UHGV virus genome: UHGV-0371537
Direction: 5' to 3' (one strand)
DNA length: 64,000 nt
DNA from: a virus
Numbering within the stretch: position 1 is the stretch's first letter; every line of letters starts with the position of its first letter. Of this stretch, positions 1 through 8,578 are shown piece after piece. Made by a program: the position numbers and the translations under genes. The notes under the pieces were generated by a model, which did no database searches, was not told the origin of the DNA, and saw only the letters and a program-made list of their open reading frames with translations.

Positions 1-1
1 G

Positions 2-601
2 TCTGATCTTTCCTACTGTGCTGGGTTCTCCCAGGCAGTCGCCATCGACAAGTCTGGTTCCATAGAGAACTTTGCTGAACTCTGGAACACGGGCAACGTC
101 TCCACTGCTGTGGTCAATGCTGGGATTGAGTTCAACCGTTACAAACAGGGAGCCTATAACCTCAAGGGCTACCTCAATGACGATGAATTTAATCGAGGCG
201 GAATGGAGGCTGGCGATTTGATCATGACTGGCCGAATGGGCACCCAAGGCCGAATGACAGTCAGACAGTGCCGTTCGCTTCCTTCTCCGGCATTACAGAA
301 GGGTGTGCAGATAGGCCGCCGTCACCTGAACCTCATCAACGATGGCAACCAGTGCATCAAAGTATTCGAATACAGCGCTACACAGACCTCTGATCGCGTC
401 CTGAAGAAGGAATGGCGTACTCGCGCTCTTGGTCTCAGAGCCTGGCTGGTTGAGAACGATCATTATTTTGAGGATCGTGTTCAGAACGGTCTGAAAGACC
501 TGGCCACGAATCTGAGCGTGAACCTTGATGATCCTCGCATGTCGCGCGAACTTCAGCAGACTCGTGTTGACTGCGACAATATGATGAAGGAGAACGAGTG
601 A
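2..601 (+). CDS. hypothetical protein, 5'-partial (reading frame open to window start)
   Basis: Frame is open from position 2 with no stop; stop codon overlaps next start (ATGA at 598-601). No recognisable motif. Confidence 0.45.
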   Translation, partial: SDLSYCAGFSQAVAIDKSGSIENFAELWNTGNVSTAVVNAGIEFNRYKQGAYNLKGYLNDDEFNRGGMEAGDLIMTGRMGTQGRMTVRQCRSLPSPALQKGVQIGRRHLNLINDGNQCIKVFEYSATQTSDRVLKKEWRTRALGLRAWLVENDHYFEDRVQNGLKDLATNLSVNLDDPRMSRELQQTRVDCDNMMKENE

Positions 602-915
602 TGAAAGGTAAAATCCTACTCCTGCTGTTACTGATGACCGGGTGTGTAAACGCTACACCACCGTCTAAACTGAATACCTGCGCCGCCTGGATGGAGACGT
701 ATCAGCAGTTCCACCCAGATGACAAAGATACATCTATCCTCCTGTCTGACTTCGAGGGGGAGCTGAAGCGCCTTGATCTGTTCAGTGTTGATCAGATAGA
801 GAATGCGCTGGATCTTCCCATGATGCTGACTGCGGCTGATAACAGCCCACAGACGAAGAAAGATCTGATGTATTGCCGGGGGATTGCCCAAGACTTTGTT
901 GGCGTTTCAAAATAG
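598..915 (+). CDS. small lipoprotein (signal peptide with lipobox L-M-T-G-C)
   Basis: N-terminus MMKGKILLLLLLMTGCVNAT is a classic type II signal peptide/lipobox; start overlaps upstream stop. Confidence 0.5.
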   Translation: MMKGKILLLLLLMTGCVNATPPSKLNTCAAWMETYQQFHPDDKDTSILLSDFEGELKRLDLFSVDQIENALDLPMMLTAADNSPQTKKDLMYCRGIAQDFVGVSK

Positions 916-965
916 ATTTCAGGGTAAAATTTAACCCTCCATTGAAATTGAAGGAATACATTGTG

Positions 966-1913
966 ATGCTCCTGACGAAAACAATCGCTGCGGCGATCAT
1001 CGAAAAGAATAAATCATTCGCTCCAAACTCAGCGCGGGTGATGCTCGTACATGATGACGCCCGTGTCATCTTCGCCGAGAAGTTCGAGCAAGGCTCTACA
1101 TTCTGGTTCGCTGACACCATGCGTGAAAGCAAACTGCAGGGCATCATCCACAAACTGACTTTGGTTGCCAAGCGCAATGATCAGGGCGACTGGGTGGGTG
1201 TTTCCGACTTCAGTACGAAGATCACACCAAAGGCTCCGCTTTCTCGTCAAGAGCGCATTCTGGAAGCCCAGGAAAAGCTGCGTGCGGCTCGGAGCACACC
1301 GAAGGCGAAACCAGATGCAAGTCCGGTCATAACTCCTGCCACCAAACTGCCTCCCGTGAGCGAAAAGTCTGTTGAGCAATATGCGGAGAAGCGCAAGGGT
1401 GTGGTTGTGGAATCACAACGTCTGGTGAAAACAGAGAATGGTCACGCAGTTGTCAAGACCGAAAAGACTGTAGAACCCTTTAAGGATTCTTCAAAATCAG
1501 CTGTTGAAGTCGTGTCCGCAGTAACTGAAGTTGTCAGTAAAGTTCGCGAAGACATGATCGCCTTGGGTGCCTTGAGCGAACCCTCTGAATTCATTTCCCT
1601 GCGCGAACTTGAACCGCCTGCCCGCCGCCGGGTTGCCAATGAGATGTTTGTATCATTCAGGCCGGATGGAAAGATCATTCTGTGTAAAGCCCTGCGCGAT
1701 GCACTCCCTTGGACAACTCTGAACATGATGGTGACCCGCGACTTCAAACGTTTCGGTGTCTGTGCTGGAAAGGACTACAACGTCAACCAGAGCGGGACTT
1801 ATGTCAACCGCGCCATGTGCTCCAAGCTGACCTTCCCAGAAGATTCCGGAACTATCCGTGTCGTCGTAGAGTGGGATGACAAGCTGAACATGTATGTTGG
1901 CGATTTCCAATAA
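966..1913 (+). CDS. hypothetical protein
   Basis: Long ORF; ATG at 966 preceded by AAGGAA; track ORF begins earlier at an alternative start. Confidence 0.5.
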   Translation: MLLTKTIAAAIIEKNKSFAPNSARVMLVHDDARVIFAEKFEQGSTFWFADTMRESKLQGIIHKLTLVAKRNDQGDWVGVSDFSTKITPKAPLSRQERILEAQEKLRAARSTPKAKPDASPVITPATKLPPVSEKSVEQYAEKRKGVVVESQRLVKTENGHAVVKTEKTVEPFKDSSKSAVEVVSAVTEVVSKVREDMIALGALSEPSEFISLRELEPPARRRVANEMFVSFRPDGKIILCKALRDALPWTTLNMMVTRDFKRFGVCAGKDYNVNQSGTYVNRAMCSKLTFPEDSGTIRVVVEWDDKLNMYVGDFQ

Positions 1914-1969
1914 TCAATAACCTCGGGCGGCTTATCATAAAGTCGCCCTTTCATTTGAGAGACTATATC

Positions 1970-2632
1970 ATGGAAAAACTTTATTCTATTATCGTCGGTC
2001 CTGATCCCGACGGATTATTCTTCGCCCCGTTGTCCTATGTCGCCCACGCCCGTATCGGCAGTCATTACGCGTATTGCACACATGGTCACGACGGTTCCAA
2101 TGTGCTCCATTATAGTCGCCTGAACGATTTCCTGGCACTTCAACCAGAAGACGTTGTGCTGGCGCGTCGCGTGTTCATTGATTTCAACGCGATGCACAAC
2201 AACGAAATCGACGCTCGCTACCATGCCATGCGTTCTATGGAAGGGCGAGACTGCATTTATCGTATCGACCATTTTGGTGAGTTTACCCAATCGATCGATT
2301 GGTTCGTTTCGGACAAGACATTGGGCGAAAGAATTGTCACGACTCCGTGGGTGCATGCGGAACAACTTCGTGTGTCTACCGATGCGTACAAAGAAGTCGA
2401 CAATCTGTGCAACAAGTTCCGCATCTCGGTGACCTGTAATCAAGACCTGGGAGAAGAGATCCAATGGACAGCTGAGTCTCCTCATTTCAGTGACCTGGTG
2501 ATGACAGCAGAAACCCGTTCCCGCGCTGTCGTTCAGTTGGTTCTATGGGCGTTCTACCAGCGCACCCCGTTCTCCTACATGGGGCAGAAAGCGATTGACG
2601 AACTCCTGAAGTCTCACGCGGTGGAGGTATAA
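1970..2632 (+). CDS. hypothetical protein
   Basis: ORF with ATG at 1970 (track ORF begins at TTG 1955); no recognisable motif. Confidence 0.45.
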   Translation: MEKLYSIIVGPDPDGLFFAPLSYVAHARIGSHYAYCTHGHDGSNVLHYSRLNDFLALQPEDVVLARRVFIDFNAMHNNEIDARYHAMRSMEGRDCIYRIDHFGEFTQSIDWFVSDKTLGERIVTTPWVHAEQLRVSTDAYKEVDNLCNKFRISVTCNQDLGEEIQWTAESPHFSDLVMTAETRSRAVVQLVLWAFYQRTPFSYMGQKAIDELLKSHAVEV

Positions 2633-2633
2633 C

Positions 2634-2921
2634 ATGGCTGGCGTATGGTGTGATGTCTTGCTGGTTCGATACAGCGTAAATGGGTGCGCCCAAGTGCGTT
2701 CCACCTTCTATCCGGTTCCATTCTCTTCCGGCGGCCTGACAATTCAAAGAGTTCTCGACATAGAGTCAGAACTGAACAAACGATCTTGGGGTGTGCGTGG
2801 TGTACAAGTCCTGGGGTACGATCTTCTGAATGAAATGATGGTTGAAGAAGACAAAGTTGAGACTGTCATTGGTCGCCCGGAGATGGAATTGTTAATCTCC
2901 AAATCGGAGGTCAAATCATGA
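2634..2921 (+). CDS. hypothetical small protein
   Basis: Small ORF tightly packed between neighbours; no motif. Confidence 0.25.
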   Translation: MAGVWCDVLLVRYSVNGCAQVRSTFYPVPFSSGGLTIQRVLDIESELNKRSWGVRGVQVLGYDLLNEMMVEEDKVETVIGRPEMELLISKSEVKS

Positions 2922-3166
2922 GTCCCAACATGGCAATAATCTGGGTTGGTGAATCGTCAATACGTTGTCTTCACAAGACGATCACCTTCTTGGATGATGA
3001 GCGCCTGGCCGAACAACGGGTTGAAGTCCGCGAAATGCAGGTTTCTTCAAAGGCGGTGAACGTTCCTGTGTCTAATGTTCAGACTTTTAAGCCTTGCGTC
3101 AGAGTGATTTGTGAACGCTGTGGATGTTATGGCACGATGACGACTGAAGACGTGGCGAAAGGCTAA
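2918..3166 (+). CDS. hypothetical small protein
   Basis: Small ORF, start overlaps upstream stop; no motif. Confidence 0.25.
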   Translation: MSPNMAIIWVGESSIRCLHKTITFLDDERLAEQRVEVREMQVSSKAVNVPVSNVQTFKPCVRVICERCGCYGTMTTEDVAKG

Positions 3167-3259
3167 TAATTTCGCTTTATTCAATATGTTTTGTTAGGTA
3201 AGCTGTAGTCCTCTTGTAGTGAACATGAAAGTAAACATTAACCCAACGGAGAAATCCAG

Positions 3260-3538
3260 ATGAATCGTACTGAATTTGTTGCCCACATTGCTTCGACCCA
3301 GAACATCACCAAAGGCGAAGCGGAGAAAGTAGTGGCATCCTTTATCGACGGCGTTAAAACTGCAGTTGCTGCAGGTGCGTCTGTACAGCTGGTCGGCTTC
3401 GGCGCGTTCGAAGTTAAAGCGCAAGAAGCGCGTGAAGGTCGCAACCCTCTGAACGGCCAGACCATTCAGATCGCGGCGAAAAACGTTGTGAAATTCAAAG
3501 TGGGCGAAGGTCTGAAGAACGCTGCCAACGGCAAGTAA
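3260..3538 (+). CDS. HU/IHF-family DNA-binding protein
   Basis: 92 aa; ...GFGAFEVKAQEAREGRNPLNGQTIQIAAKNVVKFKVGEGLK matches the HU/IHF fold signature; SD GGAGAAA upstream; terminator follows. Confidence 0.85.
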   Translation: MNRTEFVAHIASTQNITKGEAEKVVASFIDGVKTAVAAGASVQLVGFGAFEVKAQEAREGRNPLNGQTIQIAAKNVVKFKVGEGLKNAANGK

Positions 3539-3589
3539 TTCTATCTGACGCGCGGCCTGGCTCTGCGACGCAGGGTATGGCAAAAGAGA

Positions 3590-3620
3590 AAGCCGGGGCA
3601 AACGCTCCGGCTTTTTCGTT
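3590..3620 (+). terminator. rho-independent terminator after HU gene
   Basis: Hairpin AGCCGGGG-caaacg-CTCCGGCT followed by TTTTCGTT. Confidence 0.6.
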
Positions 3621-3666
3621 CCTGGGAATCGGTTAAACTAAAGGCGAATCCCATAGGAGGAAGCAA

Positions 3667-5385
3667 GTGACAGCATTCAATCAATATACCAAGGCGCTTG
3701 ATGGCGTCGGACCAGTTAGCATAGACCGCATCAAGTCTCTTGCCACTGAGTTCTTCCCATACGACACCGCCAACCCCGGCCAGATGGAGTGCATCGTTGA
3801 AGCCGTTGATGCCCTTGTGAATAAGAAATTCAAACACGTGATCATCGAGGCTCCAACTGGTGTGGGCAAATCCCTCATTGGCACGACCATCCATAACGTG
3901 CTTCGCCATCTGGTTCTTGAGCGCAACCCATATGGTCAGTTCCGCACGTCTATCACGACGCCGACCAAAGGGCTACAGGATCAGTATGCGGCGGAGAAAG
4001 CCGTGGCGATAGACATCCTGAAGGGTAAGAAAAACTATCGTTGCCATATCAGTCCCGACCTGTACTACAACGCCATTCAGTGTCGTATGGCATGCCGTGA
4101 CGGCCACTGTAGTAAGAATCGTTGCCCATATGTTCAGGCTCGTCGTCTTTGGACGGATATCTCCTCCCTGCGCTGCACCAACGCCGCCATGATGGTGGAG
4201 ATGTGCACGACGATCTGTATGAAGCCCGAAAACCGCGCCGATATGCTGATCCTTGACGAGTGCCATAAGATGCCCTCTACGCTCCTAGAGCACACGATCA
4301 TGGAATACAGTATAAATGCTGTAAGAGGGTTGCTTACAATCCCCGAGGGAGTGCCTATCGTGGAGACCATCACGGATATCATCAGGCGCACAGAAAACTA
4401 TGAGCTGGGCAAGCTGTACTCACTAACAGGTGAGATGCATGCGATCTTTGACGACCTGCATGACAAGGTTGAAGCCCTCTTAGAAACCCTTGAGGAACTG
4501 GTAGAAGACGAGCGCCTGACGGAAGCTCAGGTGATGAAGCTGTCTGACATCATTGACACCCTTCACAACCTCAGCGACTACTGTGGCATCATGGGTCAGA
4601 CCAACGCCAGCACCTTCATCGTTCAGGAAAAAGACAAGGGTATGATCCAGTTCAAGCCTGTCATCGCATCTGATGTGTCTCAGTTCGGCCTGTTCCGCAA
4701 GGGCGATTACCATGTTCACATGTCAGCGACCATCTGCGGGATTGAGTCCTATGCTCGTTCTCTGGGTATCCGTGAGGGCGAATATCACAAGATTCAAATC
4801 GGCAACCCCATCCCGATTGAGAATCGTAAGGTCAACTACATGCCCGTCATGAAGATGTCGGCCAACATGGGCGACTACGAGATGAAGAAGCTGGCCGAGT
4901 ACGTGGATGAGATCATTGCATTCCATCCAGGACAGTCTGGCATCATTCACACAGTCAGTTATGACCGCGCTCTGGCTCTACAGAAGTTCAGCAAGTACCG
5001 GAATATGATTCACGTTCCTCGTACTCGTAAGGCTCTGATGGATATCATGGAGCAGGCGTTCAGGACGAAGACGCCTTGTGTCATCGCCAGTCCGGCTATG
5101 GAAGAGGGGTATGACTTCAAAGGCGATTACAGCCGCTTCCAGATCCTGATCAAGGTTCCATACGATTACCTTGGTGACCCGCTTGTGGCTCATGTAAACA
5201 GTGTAGACCCTTCGGCATACTTCAGGATGGCGGTACTGCGTATCGTGCAGATGTGCGGGCGCTCGGTCAGGGGTGTGAATGACTGGGCTGCGACATACAT
5301 CCTTGATTCTTCATTTGAATCATTAATGATGCGCAACCCAGAGTTCTTCCCCGCATGGTTCACCGATGCTGTGTTCGAGGTTTAG
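3667..5385 (+). CDS. SF2 helicase, DinG/Rad3(XPD)-like with Cys-rich putative Fe-S insert
   Basis: Walker A EAPTGVGKSL, DECH box (LILDECHK), Cys cluster between them (RCHISPDLYYNAIQCRMACRDGHCSKNRCPY); GTG start after TAGGAGGAAG. Confidence 0.7.
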   Translation: MTAFNQYTKALDGVGPVSIDRIKSLATEFFPYDTANPGQMECIVEAVDALVNKKFKHVIIEAPTGVGKSLIGTTIHNVLRHLVLERNPYGQFRTSITTPTKGLQDQYAAEKAVAIDILKGKKNYRCHISPDLYYNAIQCRMACRDGHCSKNRCPYVQARRLWTDISSLRCTNAAMMVEMCTTICMKPENRADMLILDECHKMPSTLLEHTIMEYSINAVRGLLTIPEGVPIVETITDIIRRTENYELGKLYSLTGEMHAIFDDLHDKVEALLETLEELVEDERLTEAQVMKLSDIIDTLHNLSDYCGIMGQTNASTFIVQEKDKGMIQFKPVIASDVSQFGLFRKGDYHVHMSATICGIESYARSLGIREGEYHKIQIGNPIPIENRKVNYMPVMKMSANMGDYEMKKLAEYVDEIIAFHPGQSGIIHTVSYDRALALQKFSKYRNMIHVPRTRKALMDIMEQAFRTKTPCVIASPAMEEGYDFKGDYSRFQILIKVPYDYLGDPLVAHVNSVDPSAYFRMAVLRIVQMCGRSVRGVNDWAATYILDSSFESLMMRNPEFFPAWFTDAVFEV

Positions 5386-6149
5386 TAACCCGCCACGAAG
5401 GACAGATGGCATTTGACATTAGGTTCCAATGATGTCACTGAAATTGTCATGCTGTCCGAATCTTGGCTGAAACTAATGTTGGCGAGAGGTTTGGTCTGTA
5501 TGTGATTGTAGATGCTGTAGAACAGATCCTCGCCACGATACCCGACCTTGCCATCGGTGTCCTGCCAATGCCCCAGGGTTTCATCGTATACATGCACACG
5601 AAACTCGATCATGTGGAAGAGTGCCTTGGGGATGTCTTTGAGTATACTGGTGCCAACCACCGGAATCTCAATAGCTGAATCATTAGAATTCCCTTCATAG
5701 ACCGAAGCCCATGCGAAGGTAGGATCACCGCCTGCAACAGGTGTACGCTTCCAGTATTGGAACTCAGGGTTGCCTGAAGTGTTCTTCTGAAGTAGAATGA
5801 CTTCGCCACCTGTGAAGTTCGTGGTGTCAATGTCATCTCTCTCAAGTACATCGGCCGGAGACCCAATAAATTTCCAGCCTTCGCGATCCAGAAGAGACTT
5901 ATAATAGTCGGTGAACACGTTGCTATCGCCAGCGGAGTTGATGGCGTCTTTGAGGCCTTGGCCTGTCACCATCTCATTCAGGCGAAGCCACATGTCCTTG
6001 ACGGCAGACGCAGCTGCGACCTGCCCGACAGTCCCACCTGCAGTGTAATCATAGATGATATCTTCGAACTTGATAGCATCATTGATGGACAAGAGCAGTT
6101 GCTCAATCTGCGGTGCGGTGAGACTGAAACGATATGCGCGGGGTGCCAT
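5382..6149 (-). CDS. hypothetical late protein (possible virion component)
   Basis: ATG at 6149 preceded by AGAGGAA SD and an exact TATAAATA about 35 nt upstream; track ORF extends further upstream. Confidence 0.5.
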   Translation of the reverse strand: MAPRAYRFSLTAPQIEQLLLSINDAIKFEDIIYDYTAGGTVGQVAAASAVKDMWLRLNEMVTGQGLKDAINSAGDSNVFTDYYKSLLDREGWKFIGSPADVLERDDIDTTNFTGGEVILLQKNTSGNPEFQYWKRTPVAGGDPTFAWASVYEGNSNDSAIEIPVVGTSILKDIPKALFHMIEFRVHVYDETLGHWQDTDGKVGYRGEDLFYSIYNHIQTKPLANISFSQDSDSMTISVTSLEPNVKCHLSFVAGY

Positions 6150-6184
6150 AGTTTCATTCCTCTTTCTATAAAACCAGTTTGGGA

Positions 6185-6192
6185 TATTTATA
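6185..6192 (-). promoter_or_regulatory. T4-type late promoter (TATAAATA) for gene 5382..6149
   Basis: Exact TATAAATA on minus strand about 35 nt upstream of the start codon. Confidence 0.55.
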
Positions 6193-6194
6193 TC

Positions 6195-6722
6195 ATGATA
6201 GAAATTTATTCTGACGGGGGTTCTAACCCGAAGACCAACCAGGCCGCAGGCTGGGCATTTGCCATTAAGCCGATGTCGGGTATGCAATGGAAAGTGTTCT
6301 TTGGGCACCTTCCGCCGCCATCGACGAATAATATCGCCGAGTTGTTGGGAGTCACGAACGCATTGAAATTACTGTGGGCATTCTCTAGAAAGGGTGAGCG
6401 CAGCATACCGGACGTCCGCATCTGGTCCGACAGCCAATACACCATCAATAGCGTACTGGAGTGGCGAGCGAAGTGGGAGTATCAGGGGTTCCCGGAAAAG
6501 AACGTTGAACTCATAAAAGATCTGTTCAGGATCTATGATCTCGTTAGTTCAATTTGTGAAGTTGAACTAAAATGGGTCAAAGGTCATGCGGGTGTTGAAG
6601 GTAACGAACTCGCAGACACGTGGGCTACTGCAGCCAAGAATGACAGCAACTTCCTGATTGAGAACGACAAGATCTCTGTGAAGAAAGTTGTTGGATCTTT
6701 TGATGAATTTATCGGTATCTGA
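6195..6722 (+). CDS. RNase H (RNase HI family)
   Basis: MIEIYSDGGS... aligns with the E. coli RNase HI N-terminus (catalytic D in SDGG), TNN.AEL, WSDSQY, KWVKGHAG..GNE.AD motifs. Confidence 0.75.
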   Translation: MIEIYSDGGSNPKTNQAAGWAFAIKPMSGMQWKVFFGHLPPPSTNNIAELLGVTNALKLLWAFSRKGERSIPDVRIWSDSQYTINSVLEWRAKWEYQGFPEKNVELIKDLFRIYDLVSSICEVELKWVKGHAGVEGNELADTWATAAKNDSNFLIENDKISVKKVVGSFDEFIGI

Positions 6723-6733
6723 GGGTTCCCACA

Positions 6734-7462
6734 ATGGGTATGAATTATGTTGATCGTGGCGAGAATGTCGTCAAATATTTTACGGACGAAGATAACGAGC
6801 GTGTCATCAGTATCCTTCGTGACTGGATCCCCGCCCGTAAGAAAGCACTGGCCGAAGGAACAAGACTTCCAAAGATCCCCAACTATGTTGCTGTCCAAGT
6901 CCAGCGCATCATCACCAAGATGAGCACCCGCTACAATTATCGTGACTATCCCTTCCGTGAGGACATGGTCTCTGAAGCCGTCGTGAACATCCTTCGTTAC
7001 CTCCACACGTTTGACGTCGGCCATGTGGGCAAGAAAGGCAAAATCAATTTCTTTTCCTGGGTGACCATGTGTGCTGATCGTTCCTTCGCTCGCAAACTGA
7101 ACATTGAAGAAGAACACACTTACATCAAGTTGCGCTCCTTTGAAGAGGCAGGCGGTTTCGCAGGGCTGGCTGATGACCCAGATTTCCAACAAGAGGTCTT
7201 CGTTGATGCTACTGGGATTGGTATGGACTTCCGCGAGCGCATCGGTAACTTCGAAAACAAGAAGGACGCCCAAAGACAGCGGGAACGCGAAAAGGTAGAG
7301 ACCGCCCGAGCCGCTGAATCGAACAAAAAGATAGCGAAAGGCATACTTCAATACATGTCTCAGGGTAAGAATACCCCAACAGCGCAGGCCGAAGACGATT
7401 CAGATCAGGACTTCGGTAATACCCAATTCGATCTGGAAGAAAACGAAGGAGAAACAGAATAA
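6734..7462 (+). CDS. late-transcription sigma factor, T4 gp55-like
   Basis: Region ...IITKMSTRYNYRDYPFREDMVSEAVVNILRYLHTFD resembles the gp55 core from memory; sits immediately before gp47/gp46 homologs. Confidence 0.65.
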   Translation: MGMNYVDRGENVVKYFTDEDNERVISILRDWIPARKKALAEGTRLPKIPNYVAVQVQRIITKMSTRYNYRDYPFREDMVSEAVVNILRYLHTFDVGHVGKKGKINFFSWVTMCADRSFARKLNIEEEHTYIKLRSFEEAGGFAGLADDPDFQQEVFVDATGIGMDFRERIGNFENKKDAQRQREREKVETARAAESNKKIAKGILQYMSQGKNTPTAQAEDDSDQDFGNTQFDLEENEGETE

Positions 7463-8577
7463 TGGCGATTGCTAAAATCGGCGATCTGCATATCGGGAGC
7501 CGTAATGGTTCCCGTTACGTTCGCGACTTCATTAAGAACTATCTCATCAATTATTTCATCCCCGAGCTGGTCGCCTCCGACATCTATGAGGTGTGGCAGT
7601 TCGGTGATACGTTTGATGTCCGTAAATTCATGTACGGGCGTGACAAAGACTGGATGAAGGATGAACTCACCCCTGCGTTGAAAGCGGCTGGTATCAAGTG
7701 GAATGGTATCGTGGGCAACCATGACATCACCCTGGAAGAGTCCAACCGCATCAACTGGCCATCCTACCTGAACGAACTCGACCCTGACGTCTACCACTAC
7801 TACAGTGAACCGACCGAAGTGATGATTGAGGGTGTTAAGACCCTGCTACTGCCGTGGATCAACAAGGAGAACTATGATGCGTCTATTAAGGCGATACAAA
7901 ATACAGACGCCAAGTACTGTTTTGCGCATTTGGAGTTGGCAGGGTTCAAAATGTACCAGTCCTCTACTTGTGATCACGGTCAGATCGACGTTACTCTCCT
8001 TTCCAAGTTTGACCGGGTCGATACGGGGCATTTCCATACCCGTTCGATGGAAGGTAACATTCAGTATATTGGGACTCCGTATCACCTGAACTGGGAAGAC
8101 TACAAAGACGGCACCAACCGTGGCTTCTATGTAGACGACATGCGTGGCGGTGAAGTCTTCATCCCTAATGCCGAGCACCAGACGCTGTTCCGCTACGTGG
8201 AATATGACTACACCAAATTGTCCTCCGATGACGAAGGCAATTGGATCGACCCGGAATGGCTGAACACAGGCTTGGGTATTGAAGGACAGATCGTTAAGGT
8301 AATCGTACAGAACCGCGACAACGCCAAGCATTATGAGAAGTTCTGTGATGCGATGAAGCGTTGCAAGTGTATTGACTACAACTTCATCGACCGGACGATT
8401 ACCGTGGCGGCCGAGAAGGTTGAGGTCACCGAAGAGATGGTGGCAACCGATGCGGTGGAAGTCCTGAAGAAGGATATCCGCGCCGGGAACAACATCCAGC
8501 GCCCAGAAAATGTCTGCAAGCTGGCTGAGTACTTCTACAACGCTGCCCAACAACGCCTGAACAAACTGGACGCATAA
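7462..8577 (+). CDS. recombination endonuclease subunit, gp47/SbcD/Mre11-like metallophosphatase
   Basis: Metallophosphoesterase motifs GDLHIG, GNHD, GHFH; followed directly by the Rad50-like gene. Confidence 0.8.
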   Translation: MAIAKIGDLHIGSRNGSRYVRDFIKNYLINYFIPELVASDIYEVWQFGDTFDVRKFMYGRDKDWMKDELTPALKAAGIKWNGIVGNHDITLEESNRINWPSYLNELDPDVYHYYSEPTEVMIEGVKTLLLPWINKENYDASIKAIQNTDAKYCFAHLELAGFKMYQSSTCDHGQIDVTLLSKFDRVDTGHFHTRSMEGNIQYIGTPYHLNWEDYKDGTNRGFYVDDMRGGEVFIPNAEHQTLFRYVEYDYTKLSSDDEGNWIDPEWLNTGLGIEGQIVKVIVQNRDNAKHYEKFCDAMKRCKCIDYNFIDRTITVAAEKVEVTEEMVATDAVEVLKKDIRAGNNIQRPENVCKLAEYFYNAAQQRLNKLDA

Positions 8578-8578
8578 C

